Assembly: GCA_051294905.1 (NCBI GenBank) | Contig: CM119371.1 | Coordinates: 21,764,001 to 21,828,000, forward strand | From: Botryllus schlosseri | Taxonomy: Eukaryota | Reading direction: 5' to 3' | DNA: 64,000 nt | Shown: piece after piece, positions 25,649 to 39,284 of the stretch | Layout: each line of letters begins with the position of its first letter | Position numbering within the stretch: the stretch's first letter is position 1 | The notes under the pieces: model-generated | The model's database searches: none | What the model was told of the DNA's origin: nothing | Seen by the model: only the letters and a program-made list of their open reading frames with translations | Translations under genes and position numbers: made by a program

Positions 25649-28600
25649 GACTAAGGTATTGCTATCAAATTTTTGCTGTTTATCTAGGCTTCTCCTCGCC
25701 ACGTGACCCGCACACGCGAGGTCTTAATAAAAGATTAGAGGTGGACCGTGCTACAATTCGGCAAATACGAAATCTAGTTCTATTTGTGTTCTTCGGCTAT
25801 TAAAACTTTTACATTAAGAGCAATTCGAATTTTCAGCAACCTACTTCATAATTCATAAACTATACCAATTCACGGGACAGCGTGGATATAAATTCAGGCC
25901 AGCACTAACGGAACACAAGCTGCTTGAAAAATATCATTTAGGAAAATAGAGATAAAACTTTGTACATGTACTTGTACATTGTACCGCTTTCCGTTACATA
26001 CTGACGGCAATGATGACGGCCGATATACAATATATCCCATTGACCTTCGTTAGCGTCTCCCTACTTGAATAATGGGGGTGAAATAATCCTCTTTTGCTAT
26101 GGTGATATGCACATGCTCACCAATCCAAGACAAAAGCATATACTATACTATCGTCTTTTTTACGCTTACTAGTCTTTAACGGAGTGAATTTTACCTTTCA
26201 AATTTTTAGCCCTACCGCCCATCCCCCTAGTTACACCCTTGGTGAGGAGTTCCAATATCATTTGAATAACACCAATTACAACGGACTGACGAGAAACAAT
26301 TACAAGCTTCAACAAGTTTTTGTATCCGCCTGAAACTGTGATGACCTCAGGAATATCCATAACCTTATCGCATGAGAACGACTGATTTAATTATAAATGT
26401 TGATGAACTGAAATTTAGTGTTATGTAATGTTATTTAAATTTTCCAAACCTCCGTGTCTATCAGCTCTACCAGTCAATCTCATGGAGCGGGCTGAGAGTG
26501 GGTCTACGCAGTAAAAGGAGTATATGGAATTAGAAGAAATGCATAATAAAAATTGTTATACAATAAGACGATGAAACAACATTTTGTGCAGATGTGCAAC
26601 AGATTGGCTACTATGTAGCAGTAGCTTAAGCTCTCAATCATGTGTCTCATTTCAAATATTTCACTAAAATCCCTTTTGGCCAAACGAGTTGTTCGATTTT
26701 TAGAAGAACGTCTACTAGTGCTTGGATGGCCAGGTCTAAAAATCTGTTCTGCACTCATATCCAAAATACGGCGTATTTTGCGCGAGTGAAAAATGCTTGC
26801 TGGAGAAATCGTTTTTGAGAGCGGACACAAATGTCCCGGAGGCTCCAGTCTGTCGAAAGCGTGAAAATTCCACATGTCTTATGTCTTGGAAAATACAGTC
26901 GAAAACGATCAAGGAGAGCAGGCACACTAGAGCTTGCTACCTCGCTCCAACATGTGTTCTTACTTTCGATTTCCTATTTTCGGTCTCGCGAGTAAATTAG
27001 AAGAGCAAATAATCACACAATACCGTGTGTTCTGCTCTTTAGCTCAATCTAACTTTAGAATTTATAACAGTTTAATAACGGTAGAACAGCTTTTAGACTA
27101 CCGCCTAAATCTGAGTTTTTGTGGCATCTCACGACCCGGGCCTCACACATGAAAAGGAATTCATATTTAATACTAAAAGTTGTATGCTACGATTTTACGG
27201 ACACGTATGACGTACAGACTGCGCTCACCACAATTCAACCACGCACAGCTCTACAAAACATGCCTGACGCACGCGATTTCAAATTAGAGTGAACTAGATT
27301 CCTCCGCGTGTCGCATTTGCACTGCTGTCAACTCAGATTGCAAGAATCCGACTATTCCGTGCCGACAATATAGCATATCCTTATCGAGAGGTTGGCCATC
27401 CAGCATCGGTGATTTTTAGACGAAGGTTTTGCCGCCGCTTATGTTTTGTCACCGCGATTTTTCAGTGACACGTTGGTCAAAACTTTACGTCTTCATGTGC
27501 CCCGATGCAAAAGGGGTTGGCCTCGAAATGAATGAGTCGCATAAGCGTGAACTAGCTCGTTGCACACCCTTACACCAGTTCATCCCAACTGTCTTCGATC
27601 ATGTTTTTCAGAAAAACCAGTCGGACGAATCTTAACATGAATTCTCATGATAAAGTCATATTTTTTGCGTGCCTCGCTTATTGGCTACAGTACCAAACAC
27701 ATGGCTCAGACAGGCTAATACACTGTATATCTGCCAATACACCAGTTCCCAAACCAGGCTTTGCGTTACGTAATATATAGAGTGCGAAAATATCAATTCT
27801 CTATGGCTTGTGAGGGCTATGCGATTTGTGGTGAGTCGTAAGTCAAACAAGTTTGGGCAATTGCGTCGCAACCAGAAATGTTACACTGACTTTACATTTC
27901 CTATTTGGTTTATTTGAAATATTCCACGTCGGAAAACCTAACAATTATTCACGATTTTCATTCGCACTTGATCCCGATTGTCATTCGCACCTTTCGCACT
28001 GATTTTTTTTTCATTCGCACAAGTGCGAACCGTCACACAGGTTGAGAAGCACGGTTTTGCAGTACTTTTCGGACAATTCATTTTCTACTTCAACTTGAAG
28101 AAGCTTGAAATGTTCTTAAAATTGCCAATTCTGCTTGTATGTTGCAATTGAATATAATAATGCATTTATCCTAGTACTTCATGAGTGGCAACGTTGACTA
28201 CTTTGCCCATGTCTGCATTTGTGCATGCGGGTTCTACATAGGGCAAATTGATTGAGAGTTCAGGGTTTTGGTTAGGGTAAGGTTCAATGTTTGATTCTGG
28301 GGTTAGGTTCTGATTTGGTTTTATATAAAAAAAAATACTTCAGAGTGGTTTTGATATGAATGACATGCACAAAATCGGTAAATGGCCCTAATTGTTGGTC
28401 GCATCCAAAAAAAAAACATTTGTGACATTACCAATGATACGGTGACCACTGATCTAGCATACATAAATTGCACAAGGCCTACATGAAACATGTAATCCCG
28501 GTAAAATACACAGTTAGTAACATGAACTCACCCTGTTCATATTGACTCGTGAAATGTCAAGAGTCTGTGCGTCATAAGATCAACAGCATGACATTAGCAC

Positions 28601-29720
28601 ATGATTCCTCTCACGCGATGCTGGATTGAGTATTAGGTTTTGAGTCGAGTCGGGTATTCGAGTGCAGCTCAGTATGTTGTGATAGGAACATGAATGGGGT
28701 GGTAAGTTTAATTTGTACCAAATAATATGCAAGTTCTACATCACGATAAATTAATTTCGCGTTTTGACCATGCACATTTTACCACACTTTACGACAAGGC
28801 TGTGGGGTTGATGACGATTTCTATGATATATCATTTCTAACTATCATCCGTAATTTGTGTTCCTTATTTCGTATATGCTATGACACTTGAGAAAATACCA
28901 TCGAAACTATTTTTAATATTAAGTTCTTATTGGAAAGGACCATATCATTTGAAAACTAGGATCAATCATCTCTCACTACTTGAATCAAATCATTCCAGTC
29001 AATACTCAATTCTGTCTCCTGTGTACTGGGATCATTATGCTCATCTCCAATCGTGAGACCTATTAATTTCATAAAACAAATGCCTCCTAATTTTTCATAA
29101 CATAAATACTCGATAGTTTGGAGCGTATATAGTATGCTGATAGATATAAATATATAGTTTATGTGTTCGCCATTACCTATTCCAATTTGTTCTGCAATGG
29201 AGTAATATCGTAACTATAGTTTGCTATGGGAAATATATGTGTGTGTGTGTTTGCGAATCGCATTTATAAGAATAATGCTGAAATAGGGGTATAGAACTAG
29301 GTACGACGCCCCCAAGACGTTAGGATATACTCCATATTATTATGGCGCAAAATACCATTGCGTTTCGGGGGCTGACAAAGGTCATGGTCAGATCTTAGAA
29401 AGTGACCGCACTCATGAAACTCAAGAAACTCCCATCTTGCTGAGCTTACATTGTTTTCCAATATTTGGATTTGCAAAAATGTGAATTAGTCTCGAATACA
29501 AATATTGAAACAGCAGCGATCTTGGAAATTTTCTGCAAGGATTCTGTGGCGAGAAATAGTCGGCATACCATTGCCCCCGAGTTATGTTCAAGTAGTATCG
29601 AAATTCAACATCTTGCGGAAACCTTGTTGATTGACTGTTCGTACAAGTCGTACAACAATATTGTGTTGTTTTGATTCGATGAATGTATCAATTAACTCAA
29701 TTCAACTGATCGATATATCG

Positions 29721-31258
29721 CAGTGGTTCTTAACCTTGCCACCAGCGCCCCCCAGGGGGCGCTGGTGAACTTGAAGGGGGGCGGAAACGCTCAGGGGGCG
29801 ATATGGGGGGCGCTGGGCTCAGGGGGGCGGTATGGGGGGCGCTGGAGAAAAATGGCTTCGCAGTAGATGATGTGGTGATAGGACATATCCTTAATGAGTA
29901 TTCAGAGCAAATTAACACCGAAAACGTCGTTACATATAGCCTTCAAAATACATATAGGTTTAATTGTCCATGAACGCCTAAATGACTGACACCGAATGTT
30001 CCTGTCTTGGCAATCAGAACCCCAGAAGACGAATTCCATCTGGCAGGTAAAAATTCTATGTCAGTAAGGAAATATCAATCTGAAATCGTTTGCGTCTTTT
30101 AGTTTAGTACGATTGGGCGACAGGTATATTCCTGTTGGACGATATCCCCGTTGAGCGATTCTATATTTTTTGATATTGCAGACAGGGGGTCATGAAATAA
30201 CATCTTGCAACGAAGTCATACCAACGGGTTCGCCCGCCCGAATATGTTTAATTATTAGTAACGGGCCCTACAGTTTCCAAAAAACCTCACAATGTTCGCT
30301 TTAAGTTTTGATGAGTCTGCGCACACTCAACAACTCACTGCGCTGACCCTTGGACAACAGTGCGTAACGACTAAAATAAGGTAATAACTCCGGATTTGTT
30401 GTGCGCAACGTAGATTTTCTGTGTGCAGAGACCGTGTCAGCACTGCGCGGGTGCGCAGCTTGGAGGGAACATTGCACCTCACTTAGCTCTACCGGTAAAT
30501 GTGTTTACGTGAGCAGAGAGAGGATTAAAATTGATCTCAATTTACATGCAATTCCCGATGATATTGACCAATTCAATCATTAATTAGTGAAATTTTTCGC
30601 ACTTCGCGCGAATAGGCGAGAATAGCTGGTTCAGTAAATGGACACGCAATGTAGATACCTAATAGGCTATCAGCAAATAGCGGACAGCCTAGTGGGGGTC
30701 TGGGAGTGAAGTCCCCCGGAAGTTTGGTTTCTCACCTAATGTGGGCCCAGGACCAACGTTTTTTGTTTGGGGGGGGGGGGGGCTGTTACGGCCCTGGTAA
30801 CGAATAATTGTACCTGCGGGCACGCCCGAATATGTTTAATTAATAATTACGTGCCCTGTATTTTCCTATACAACAGCTCACTCAGTGCTACTGGTAAATC
30901 TGATTACGTGGGCTGAGAGGATAAAAAGTTTATATAGCGACTTATATATGTAATTATCACCTATCCATTCATGCATTATGGAAAAGTTTGGTACTTAGGG
31001 CGACCAGGCCACACAAACATTGCTGACCATCAAATCACGATATGGGGTTCGTGGGGGCGAAGCCCTTAGAAGTTCGGTTTATCACGCTATGGGTGCGCAA
31101 GGCAATCGTTTTTAGGGGGGTTAACGAAGTGCTGTTACGGCCCTCCCTCTTACTCATTGTCTTTATTACATTCCTTAAAATATGAAGTTGGGGGGGGGCG
31201 CTGGAGCACGATAATTTTTGAAAGGGGGCGCTGGAAGAAAAAAGGTTAAGAACCACTG
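29721..31258 (+). mobile_element. Young hAT MITE, copy A (left inversion breakpoint)
   Basis: Perfect TIR CAGTGGTTCTTAACCTT...AAGGTTAAGAACCACTG. Appears identical to the reverse complement of 46480-48012 apart from a G14 vs G9 run. Flanks ATATATCG / ATATAAAC do not match each other. Confidence 0.95.
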
Positions 31259-31616
31259 ATATAAACAAATCCTCACATATCCACTGATGCACTCCTTGAC
31301 TCATGATATGACATACACACGATCTGTGCTTATGTACACATCTGCTTCTTGTTAGATTCAAAGACTAGTGGCAGACTCTTACTCTGTGAATGTGAAATCA
31401 AATACGTTGTTCGTGAGTAATATACTATGCGCAGGACAGTCGCCAAATTGTATTTTAGCTCGCTTATTTAGAAGCATAACGCAAGTAAAGGCTGCAATAT
31501 CAGTACACATTTCAGATGCCTTAGGCGTCTCGAATCCATTACAAATTGTAAACTAAACGTATATGCCTCATGGTTATTTTTTCAATTTTAGGATGCTGCT
31601 ATACAAAATGATATCC

Positions 31617-31864
31617 ATTCATATTGAAATGAACCCGAATATTTTCGGCTGACAATCGTCAGGGGTAATCGTCAGCAACTAGTAGCGAATTGGAAAGAAC
31701 ATTGTGTGATACGATTTTGTGATACGATTGTTGATATACAATGTTCTTTCCAATTCTCTACTAGTTGCTGACGATTACCCCTGACGAGTGTCAGCCGAAA
31801 ATATTCGGGTTCATTTCAATATGAATATACTATTCAATTGTATATTGAAGTTCTGTACCTCCAA
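31617..31864. repeat. Palindromic foldback element with ~90-bp near-perfect arms
   Basis: 31617-31706 is the reverse complement of 31738-31826 with few mismatches. Confidence 0.85.
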
Positions 31865-32108
31865 GAAATTCTTAAAATGCTATCAGGGAATTTCAACCAA
31901 GTCGACGTTGCATTGAACGGTAAAAGTGTATGCTGCGAAACAGTGGACGATCGTTATAAATCAGCTTATATTCCAGGGTAAACATTAGCATCCAGGTAAT
32001 TTGTTTATTTCGATGTATAAGACAAGTCAAGGTTTTCTAATCAAGACACACTCAGGCCTGTATCTATGGTCCCGTTGAATCCATTCTGAAAGTCAATATT
32101 GCCTAAAC

Positions 32109-32935
32109 CAGGGGTTGGCAAACTTTTGAGCTCGCGGGCCGCATTCAATATATGAATCCATTCGCGGGCCGCACCATATAAAATAGGGATTATAAACCAA
32201 AACGCAATATTGGTATTTGAATATATAGTGAGGACAAGGAGATATTATATATGCCTATTTAAAACAATCAAAACATTGCGTTGATGATATTGCACACGCG
32301 TCAGAAACAGTGGCGAGATTTCATAGGCTAGTCGACCTCGATGACCAATTTTTCAGAACTATAGAGATGAAAGTAGGTTGTCCCGATTCTTAGAACAGGA
32401 TTGAAATTTAAATCTGTGAGCAGCGTTCCGTTCATAGATTTGCTTATTCCACTTCTGGATCTGTTCCTGGACACACAATGCTGACAGCATCATAACCATG
32501 TTAGCTTCAAACACGCTTCTACTATGTGCAGATAAAATATAAATAATACCCTAAGTCTGCGCATACAGAGTAGAAATTTACCTAAGGCACGCCCGAATCG
32601 TTTTTTATAAGCACATCACTGAAATAAATAAAACTATAGTGGCAACCGAGGCGAGCAAACCTAACGGATAGCTACATGGCATGAAAGGTTACCACTGGGG
32701 ATGAGAGATTTTTAAATATGAAATTCAGCTTAAAAATACAGAGTAATAAGTATGAATGGGATGTAGATCACGTGAAGCGCGAATTATTTTTTTAGTTGAG
32801 CTCAGCTTCGCGCCCATCTTCAGATGCCCGTTTGGGGAGGGGGGGCTGCGCGCCCAGTTTGAGAACCACTGCCTTCGAATTATCCTGTTAGAATATACTA
32901 AGAAATCTTAAATCAAGGCCCAGCTTTAACCCCTG
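32109..32935 (+). mobile_element. hAT MITE
   Basis: CAGGGGTT...AACCCCTG termini; perfect TSD GCCTAAAC. Internal homology to ~23700-24200. Confidence 0.8.
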
Positions 32936-33077
32936 GCCTAAACACTAAACAGGAAGCGTTTCAAACGTGTTTTGAATCAATACCAAGTAGTTAAATTCAT
33001 ATAAAAATCCATGCATCTCTTCTCTGATTTTCTCTAGATTCTGGGATGCTGCTTTAAGACCGCATGCTGCAAGACCA

Positions 33078-33332
33078 GTGGTGTCAATTCTCGGTAATGT
33101 CCATTCTCTGTGGTGTCAATTCTCGGTAATGTCCATTCTCTGTGGTGTCAATTCTCGGTAATGTACATTCTCTGTGGTGTCAATTCTCGGTAATGTCCAT
33201 TCTCTGTGGTGTCAATTCTCGGTAATGTCCATTCTCGGTGGTGTCAATTCTCGGTAATGTCCGTTCTCGGTGGTGTCAATTCTCGGTAATGGCATTCTCG
33301 GTAATGGTTTTCTCGGTATTGTCCGGACACCG
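33078..33332. repeat. 32-bp minisatellite, ~7 copies, ending in a TIR-like TGTCCGGACACCG
   Basis: Unit GTGGTGTCAATTCTCGGTAATGTCCATTCTCT repeated head-to-tail without spacers. Confidence 0.9.
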
Positions 33333-33739
33333 GTCGAAGGTACCGGCGCTACTACTCAAGTCGATGTAGAAATATCGCCGTCAATTTATACCCGATCACA
33401 AGTAGATGCAACAGTTCCCAATACATGTCAAAGCTACGTCAAGTGGAAGTAGAATACGAAATGTCGGAAGAGTACTCAACTATGGTAAGCAGTTTTTCGT
33501 GGGTTTCCACATTCAAAATTGCGATATGTATATTCTGGACTAATGTAAAATTACTAATGGCATATGGCACTACTAAAAGGAAGACTCTTCAAAACTATAT
33601 TCAGTTATTCCTGATTCCGGCTCTGTTACAGTGGCGGCTCGTGACAATATCGGGTGGTGGGGCAAGGGCCGCAAGTGACTTGTTATCAATATGACGTCAC
33701 AGTAGCGTTTTTCAACGTTCATGATGGTCACATGAATTT

Positions 33740-34088
33740 CCCGTAAACAATGATTTTGGGATTTTTGGTGCGCTTTCACACGCTCTGACAAATGCTTCAG
33801 ATCGCGATAACCAATTTTGTTCCAACAAGAGCCACTGCTTCCGGTAACGGCACTGTCGAATAAAAGACAGTAAAAGCAAATCAAGGCGTTTTTATCCTCG
33901 CTATAATTAAGCCATTCATTTTTATCGAAATGCGCTGAAGAAAAGGCACGAGTGCGTTTTCCTCCGGCGTACGATTGGACCAATGGGCAATTTCTAGGCT
34001 GATACGGACCTAGTCGCTTTACCTCTAATTTTTGCTCTTAAGGCAGCTGGCTAAACGGCGTACGGAGCAAAGATTCAACACGATTCAT
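33740..34088 (-). pseudogene. N-terminal fragment of ZMYM1-like/TTF-zinc-finger hAT transposase
   Basis: MNRVESLLRTPFSQLP*EQKLEVKRLGPYQP...RAFSSAHFDKNEWLNYSEDKNALICFYCLLF...GYRDLKHLSERVKAHQKSQNH. One in-frame stop; catalytic region deleted. Confidence 0.85.
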
Positions 34089-34358
34089 GTCCGCACTTGA
34101 CCTGACTACTTATCTGCAGAAATGGAAATGACTATAAATCGAGAGATTGCGTATGCCTTCCTGGAAAGGTCAACGAGTTCGGACACATACGCAATTGTTA
34201 TCTCATAGATTGGACAAGGAAATGTCATATTGAATCCAAAACATCATTCTGAAGAACTACGGATAGCAGCCTCGGAAATTCGGTCCCGGTACAGCTTGGG
34301 AGATTTTGACCTTGAGGCTGGAGATTGTCACACGACACATACGGCTTACGGTCTATAG

Positions 34359-35923
34359 CAGAGGTCTCAAACACGCGGCCCGCGGGCCGCATGCGGCCCG
34401 CGAGACCATTTTGTGCGGCCCGCGACGGCATTTGGGATTTCGAAGTATTTCGACAATATTTTACTACCAATTTTTGAGAACTTAAAATTCGCTCTAAAAC
34501 TACTCCTGAAACTACTCAAACTTCACTAATACATCACTTTTAAAAGTTACCACTCGGTGGAATATCAACTATTAGGTGGCATTACTTGTTTAATTTTAGT
34601 GAAACATGACCCGTTGATGATTCGTGCCTGAAAATTGTGATTTGGACTTGAGGCGACCCTCTGTAGAATTACTCGTACTCGTCACGTCAAACGTTATAAT
34701 CAGAGAAGGACTTTTGAGATTCGGAATGCCGTGACTTGGTACAACCACGCACGCAACAAACCATGGTGTCATATATGGTGTGGACACAAGCAAATCTCTC
34801 GGCTCAGTGCAATCGGTGTACGTCACACTTTCCATTTGGTCGAAGGCAATTTGTCGGTAATTTTTGTACGGCTTATCCTGTATTAGCCTAGATTTTATAA
34901 AACGGGTATCAATTGAAAGCTACCGCAGCACTGGTTGTGAAAATATTAATTTGTTCTGTTCGTGGTCCTGAACTCCCCAAAATAAGCCTCGAATGTTGCA
35001 TTGCATGTGAGTTTGGTATTGTGATGCAGCAATGACGCCTGCCTGGGAGCAGGCGAGGAGCACCGCAAGCTGCAAGCGTATTGGCCATTGCTACGCAGGC
35101 GATTGAGCAGTGAGCACTCTCACTCTCGTGCGCATTTGCTCCTGAGGTGCTCAGACGTATCGTTGCGTCACAATACCAAACTCACTAACAATGCAACATT
35201 TGAGGCTAATTTTGGCGAGTTCCAGGGTCACGAACAGAATTAAATTAATATTTTCGTAATCAGTACCGTGATAGCTTTCCATTGATCATAAATTACCGTC
35301 AAATTGCCTTTGACCAAATGGAAAGTGTTACAAAGACCAATTTCACTGAGTCGTGAGATTTGCTTGTGTACACACCATATAGGACACTATGAACAAACTA
35401 TCAAACTAGTAGGAGAAATAGTATAATATCAAAAGATCGTAGCTTGCGTTGCGTAGCTTATTTAGATATCAAAGCATGTAGGTATGGCAACCGACATTGG
35501 CATTATGTCGCCCCTTTGATGTATAGTTAGTTACATCCCGTGTCATCTTGGGTATCTTTATATATGTTATTGTCGCCAATTTAATGTGGCGAGTATTAAC
35601 TAGTCGTAGCCTACGCTTCACAGCTGTAGCGAACGGATTCTTCGGCGATTGCACATTTCTATTGTTATTGCACAGATCCATTATGTTCAAAGTTGTTATT
35701 GATCTGTTCCAACATTCGAAGGTAAAATCAAACTCTGATTCTATTTGACTTCCGTGATTACATGTCAATATAGCCTAGTTATCAGGAGTAGACCTATGCT
35801 CGAAACCCGGAAATAAGGCCTACTTTGAAATACATTGAATACCCCTATTATTGGTGGTGCGGCCCGCGACGCCATCAAAAATAGGAAATTGGCCCGCGAG
35901 CACATTTGAGTTTGAGACCTCTG
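34359..35923 (+). mobile_element. hAT MITE (CAGAGGTCTCAAAC family) nested in the Tip100-like element
   Basis: Perfect TIR CAGAGGTCTCAAAC...GTTTGAGACCTCTG; perfect TSD GTCTATAG. Confidence 0.9.
34762..35391. mobile_element. Foldback MITE with ~260-bp imperfect TIRs and 7-bp TSD (Galileo/P-superfamily-like)
   Basis: Termini CATGGTGTCATATATGGTGT...ACACCATATAGGACACTATG; TSD AACAAAC on both sides. Second copy at 53957-54514. Confidence 0.8.
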
Positions 35924-37689
35924 GTCTATAGTGTCTACTGTATATATGTCTGCTGCAAAATCGCCTTCAGAAAATATATTACCGAATAAATACGTGGATC
36001 AAAGCCGAAAACTTGGTACACTGTTACATGAAATCATCGAAAAGTAGCCTCATGACCGTTTTCGGTATGGTACACTGTCAAAATTAATACGAATTGATCA
36101 ACGCCGAATTTTGCGTAAAATTTACTGAGGAATAGGCTGATCAAGCGATAAGCTGTTAGCCGCCATCGAAAACGAAACAGCTATCGCGCTTGACAGGGGT
36201 TGTAATTGTGAGCAAATGGCCCGAAGGCCACCATTCCACGGTGAAATTGACATTGGAGAATATAAAATAAAACTAAATATTTGAATGCAAACCGAGGATG
36301 TTAGTAAACTGTTTCATGATATCATCATCTTATCACCTGTCTCAGTATGGAACACAGATACACCGGCTTTTGCGTGAAATCCGCAATGCGTTAGGTAGGC
36401 TAAGTGTCAGATCAGCGCACATCTCTACCATACTCGAACTTGATAACGAAATTGCTGCCCTAATCATTGAGTGCCAACCTTGAGACTTGGCACGGCGTTC
36501 GATACTAAAATCAAGACATACCATGTAAAAGCTCATGAGGGATCTAGCTAAGGAGCATCGTTAAAATTAATGGAGACCAATACCGGCTTTGCGTGAAATA
36601 TGTTTGCGATACATGACGGATCAGCACACACTCGACTTTGGAAACGGAATTACTACCCTAAACTTTGAGTAGAAACCCTGAAACTTAGGACAGTGTTAAA
36701 TACCACCATCACGACATGACATACCAAGTTTCAAGAATTATCATGGTGTTAAACACCATCAAAATCGACCTATACCAGCAAAGGTCGACTCAACGCATAT
36801 CACGGTATCCGAGTTCAGATATAGATACGATTGTTACATCACACCTTAGGGGCGACAGGCATATATGCCCCGGTTGCTCGGCCATTTTACGAATAGGAGA
36901 GAGTATATCACCGTTTCTTAATTGTGCGCGGCTTTGAGAGAATAGATAGTGAAAGCTTGTTATGAGCGCTACCGGGGCATGCCCCGGCTAGGCATTCACA
37001 AAGCGAAAACACAGAAGAGAATTCGATTTTCGCAGAGACTTCTCTATGTATGGGCATTTGCAAGCGAAAGCACAAGAAGAACGCGGGTTTCGCTGTGATC
37101 TCGGTATATATTGAGCGCTGTACGTCTATAAATGGTTAAACTGTTATTGAACAGAATTTTAGGTGGGGCAATGCCCCAGTTGCCCTATAGGACGAGCCGC
37201 CACTGCTCTGTTACCAGACTTGGAAAACTAGATATTCCAGATGTCTAATTATAATATTTGAAACGAAATACCGGTAATTCAATACTAATTTGTGAAATCT
37301 TTCTATGCTCTAATTCTAATTCAAATCGAATTTGAGAAATCTTTCTATGGTAAAATTTTAATTCTAATCTTATGTATGGTTTTCGGGAAATGCTACAGGA
37401 AAACTGGATCGTGCGAAACGAGCCAAGCTTTCTGTACAATAGGGTTGTTAAAAAAAAAACGTTTTTTCCAAATCTCACTCGCTTGGTGACTAAATCGTCA
37501 GGCTGTCTAAGAAAATGATGCACACCAAATTTTACTCAATTCCAACCAGTAAAGGCCGTGCAATCTTGAATCGAAATTTTTAATTTATCGGGATCAATTA
37601 TAGAAAAAAAATTCAAATTTTTCTGTCAACCCCATGAAATTGTTGAGCTGTCTTCAAAGGCGATACAAAACAAATTTGAGTCAATTCCA

Positions 37690-38491
37690 ACTATAGAAGC
37701 GAAGCTATTCGATTTTTTCGTTGATAATCCCATGATCAATGATCATGCCAATGTCAGTATCACGGCAATACACAAGGCTACCGGAAGTAGCCCTACGATG
37801 AAAACGCCGTCTCTCATGATCGCAAGTGATATATCCTCTCTCTCCCTTGCCAAGTAATATTTTCTCAATTCGCAAGGATGCTAAAAGTTCCGAACTTTTA
37901 TTATCCAAGTCCCAAAGCCCTACTGAGATCATTTGACTTGTCTTCATGGACTACACTACGTTCTGAATCACCTTCGATTTCGAAATCTTCATTATTAGGC
38001 CTGTTATCCCTGCGATCTTCATCTTCCACCAAATTATCGAGCGTAAAAGAGTTTCAAGTTTCAATGGATAAGCTAAACGGGGCATTGTACCAATAGTTGA
38101 GGGTAAATGTAATGTTTATTTTACTTGCCATATCCATCAGTTTGCATCAAATATATGTCTGACATCTCCTCGGATGATTGCATCCTCTAACCAAAAATGG
38201 GCGAAGCCATCGGTCTTCTAAATCGATACCAGTACATCTGTTCCTAATAATTCATATCACCCCCTAGCTATATAACTCATTATATGATTGAAGTTTTGAT
38301 TTATATATGGTATGGAAAAGTAATATGGCTAAATTCGTGAAAATTCACATATTTTGGGCACATGTTGTAGGTAGAGCAATAACTCGATGTGATAGAAGAA
38401 AACCAATGGAATGTTTGGAACCAGCACGCCAAAATTAGTCTAAATCAAGTACAGATTACTGTCAACAAATGTTCAAAATTGTTGCCCAGTG
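37690..38491 (-). mobile_element. Chapaev3-like element, 5' fragment
   Basis: Inverted homologue of 39285-40030; CACTGGGCAAC terminus next to TTA; decayed SELLASLRIEKILL...LVYC. Confidence 0.7.
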
Positions 38492-39284
38492 TTAATAATG
38501 TTGCTATGCGACGAGGATTGCGTTACCATGGCAAGACCTGTTTGATTTCCGTAAATCATTGCTATGCTAATCGCCCCGTAAACATTTCGAATTGTCCTAT
38601 TTCAATTGGCTTCCGTCGACTGTAGTGTTAGGAGTTAGGCAACATTGCTAAACGACCGGACTTCCATTTTGTTAAATTACTCCATATCTTCGAACAGTTA
38701 CTGATAGCACTTGAATACCAAGACAGAAGTTATGTCCTGGCCTAGATTAAGCGCCGCGCTACAACGTCGTTAAACGAAAGAATACGTTGCGGCCCCTCAA
38801 TAAAGGAGAATTTCTCGAGAGGTTGCCTGAAGAGTGCGGTTGGGCCGATTCCACTATCTTATCAGTAGCGAAAACCTTTGCCGGAGTTCACGAAACAGCG
38901 ACATGCTTCAACATATAGTTATCAACCGAGATCCTCATCAATAGATGAATAGTATTTATCGTGTGGTATGAACATGGTTAATTAAGATGAGATATTATAT
39001 TACATGCTCTAAATTTAAGAATATACCGCTTCCATGAGCTCTACTGGTAAATCTGATCACATAACCTATCTGTAATATGTGCAACTACCAATAATTCTGA
39101 CTAAATACCTTTCACATATTATAATTATATATTCATGTATTTCATCATATTATGTTCATTCATTAATTTGCGACCTCCGCACGAGTAGAAAATAATGCGG
39201 GTCATTCATGAGTCGCGTATAGCCGGACATATTTTGCAACGGAAGAGGTATGTGATTGCGTGAGGTTGAGCAATGTGCATATTA

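Larger units (their letters stand above)
33629..37205 (-). mobile_element. hAT (Tip100/Zaphod-like) internally deleted element with nested insertions
   Basis: TIR CAGTGGCGGCTCGT...ACGAGCCGCCACTG; perfect TSD CTCTGTTA; contains a TTF-type zinc-finger relic. Confidence 0.9.

Noticed and set aside
29730..31361. Duplicated identical small ORFs (also 46482-48003)
   Set aside because: The identity reflects the duplicated MITE; no protein motifs are present.
33078..33320. CRISPR-like 32-bp repeats
   Set aside because: The units are directly adjacent with no unique spacers, no cas genes are present, and the context is eukaryotic.
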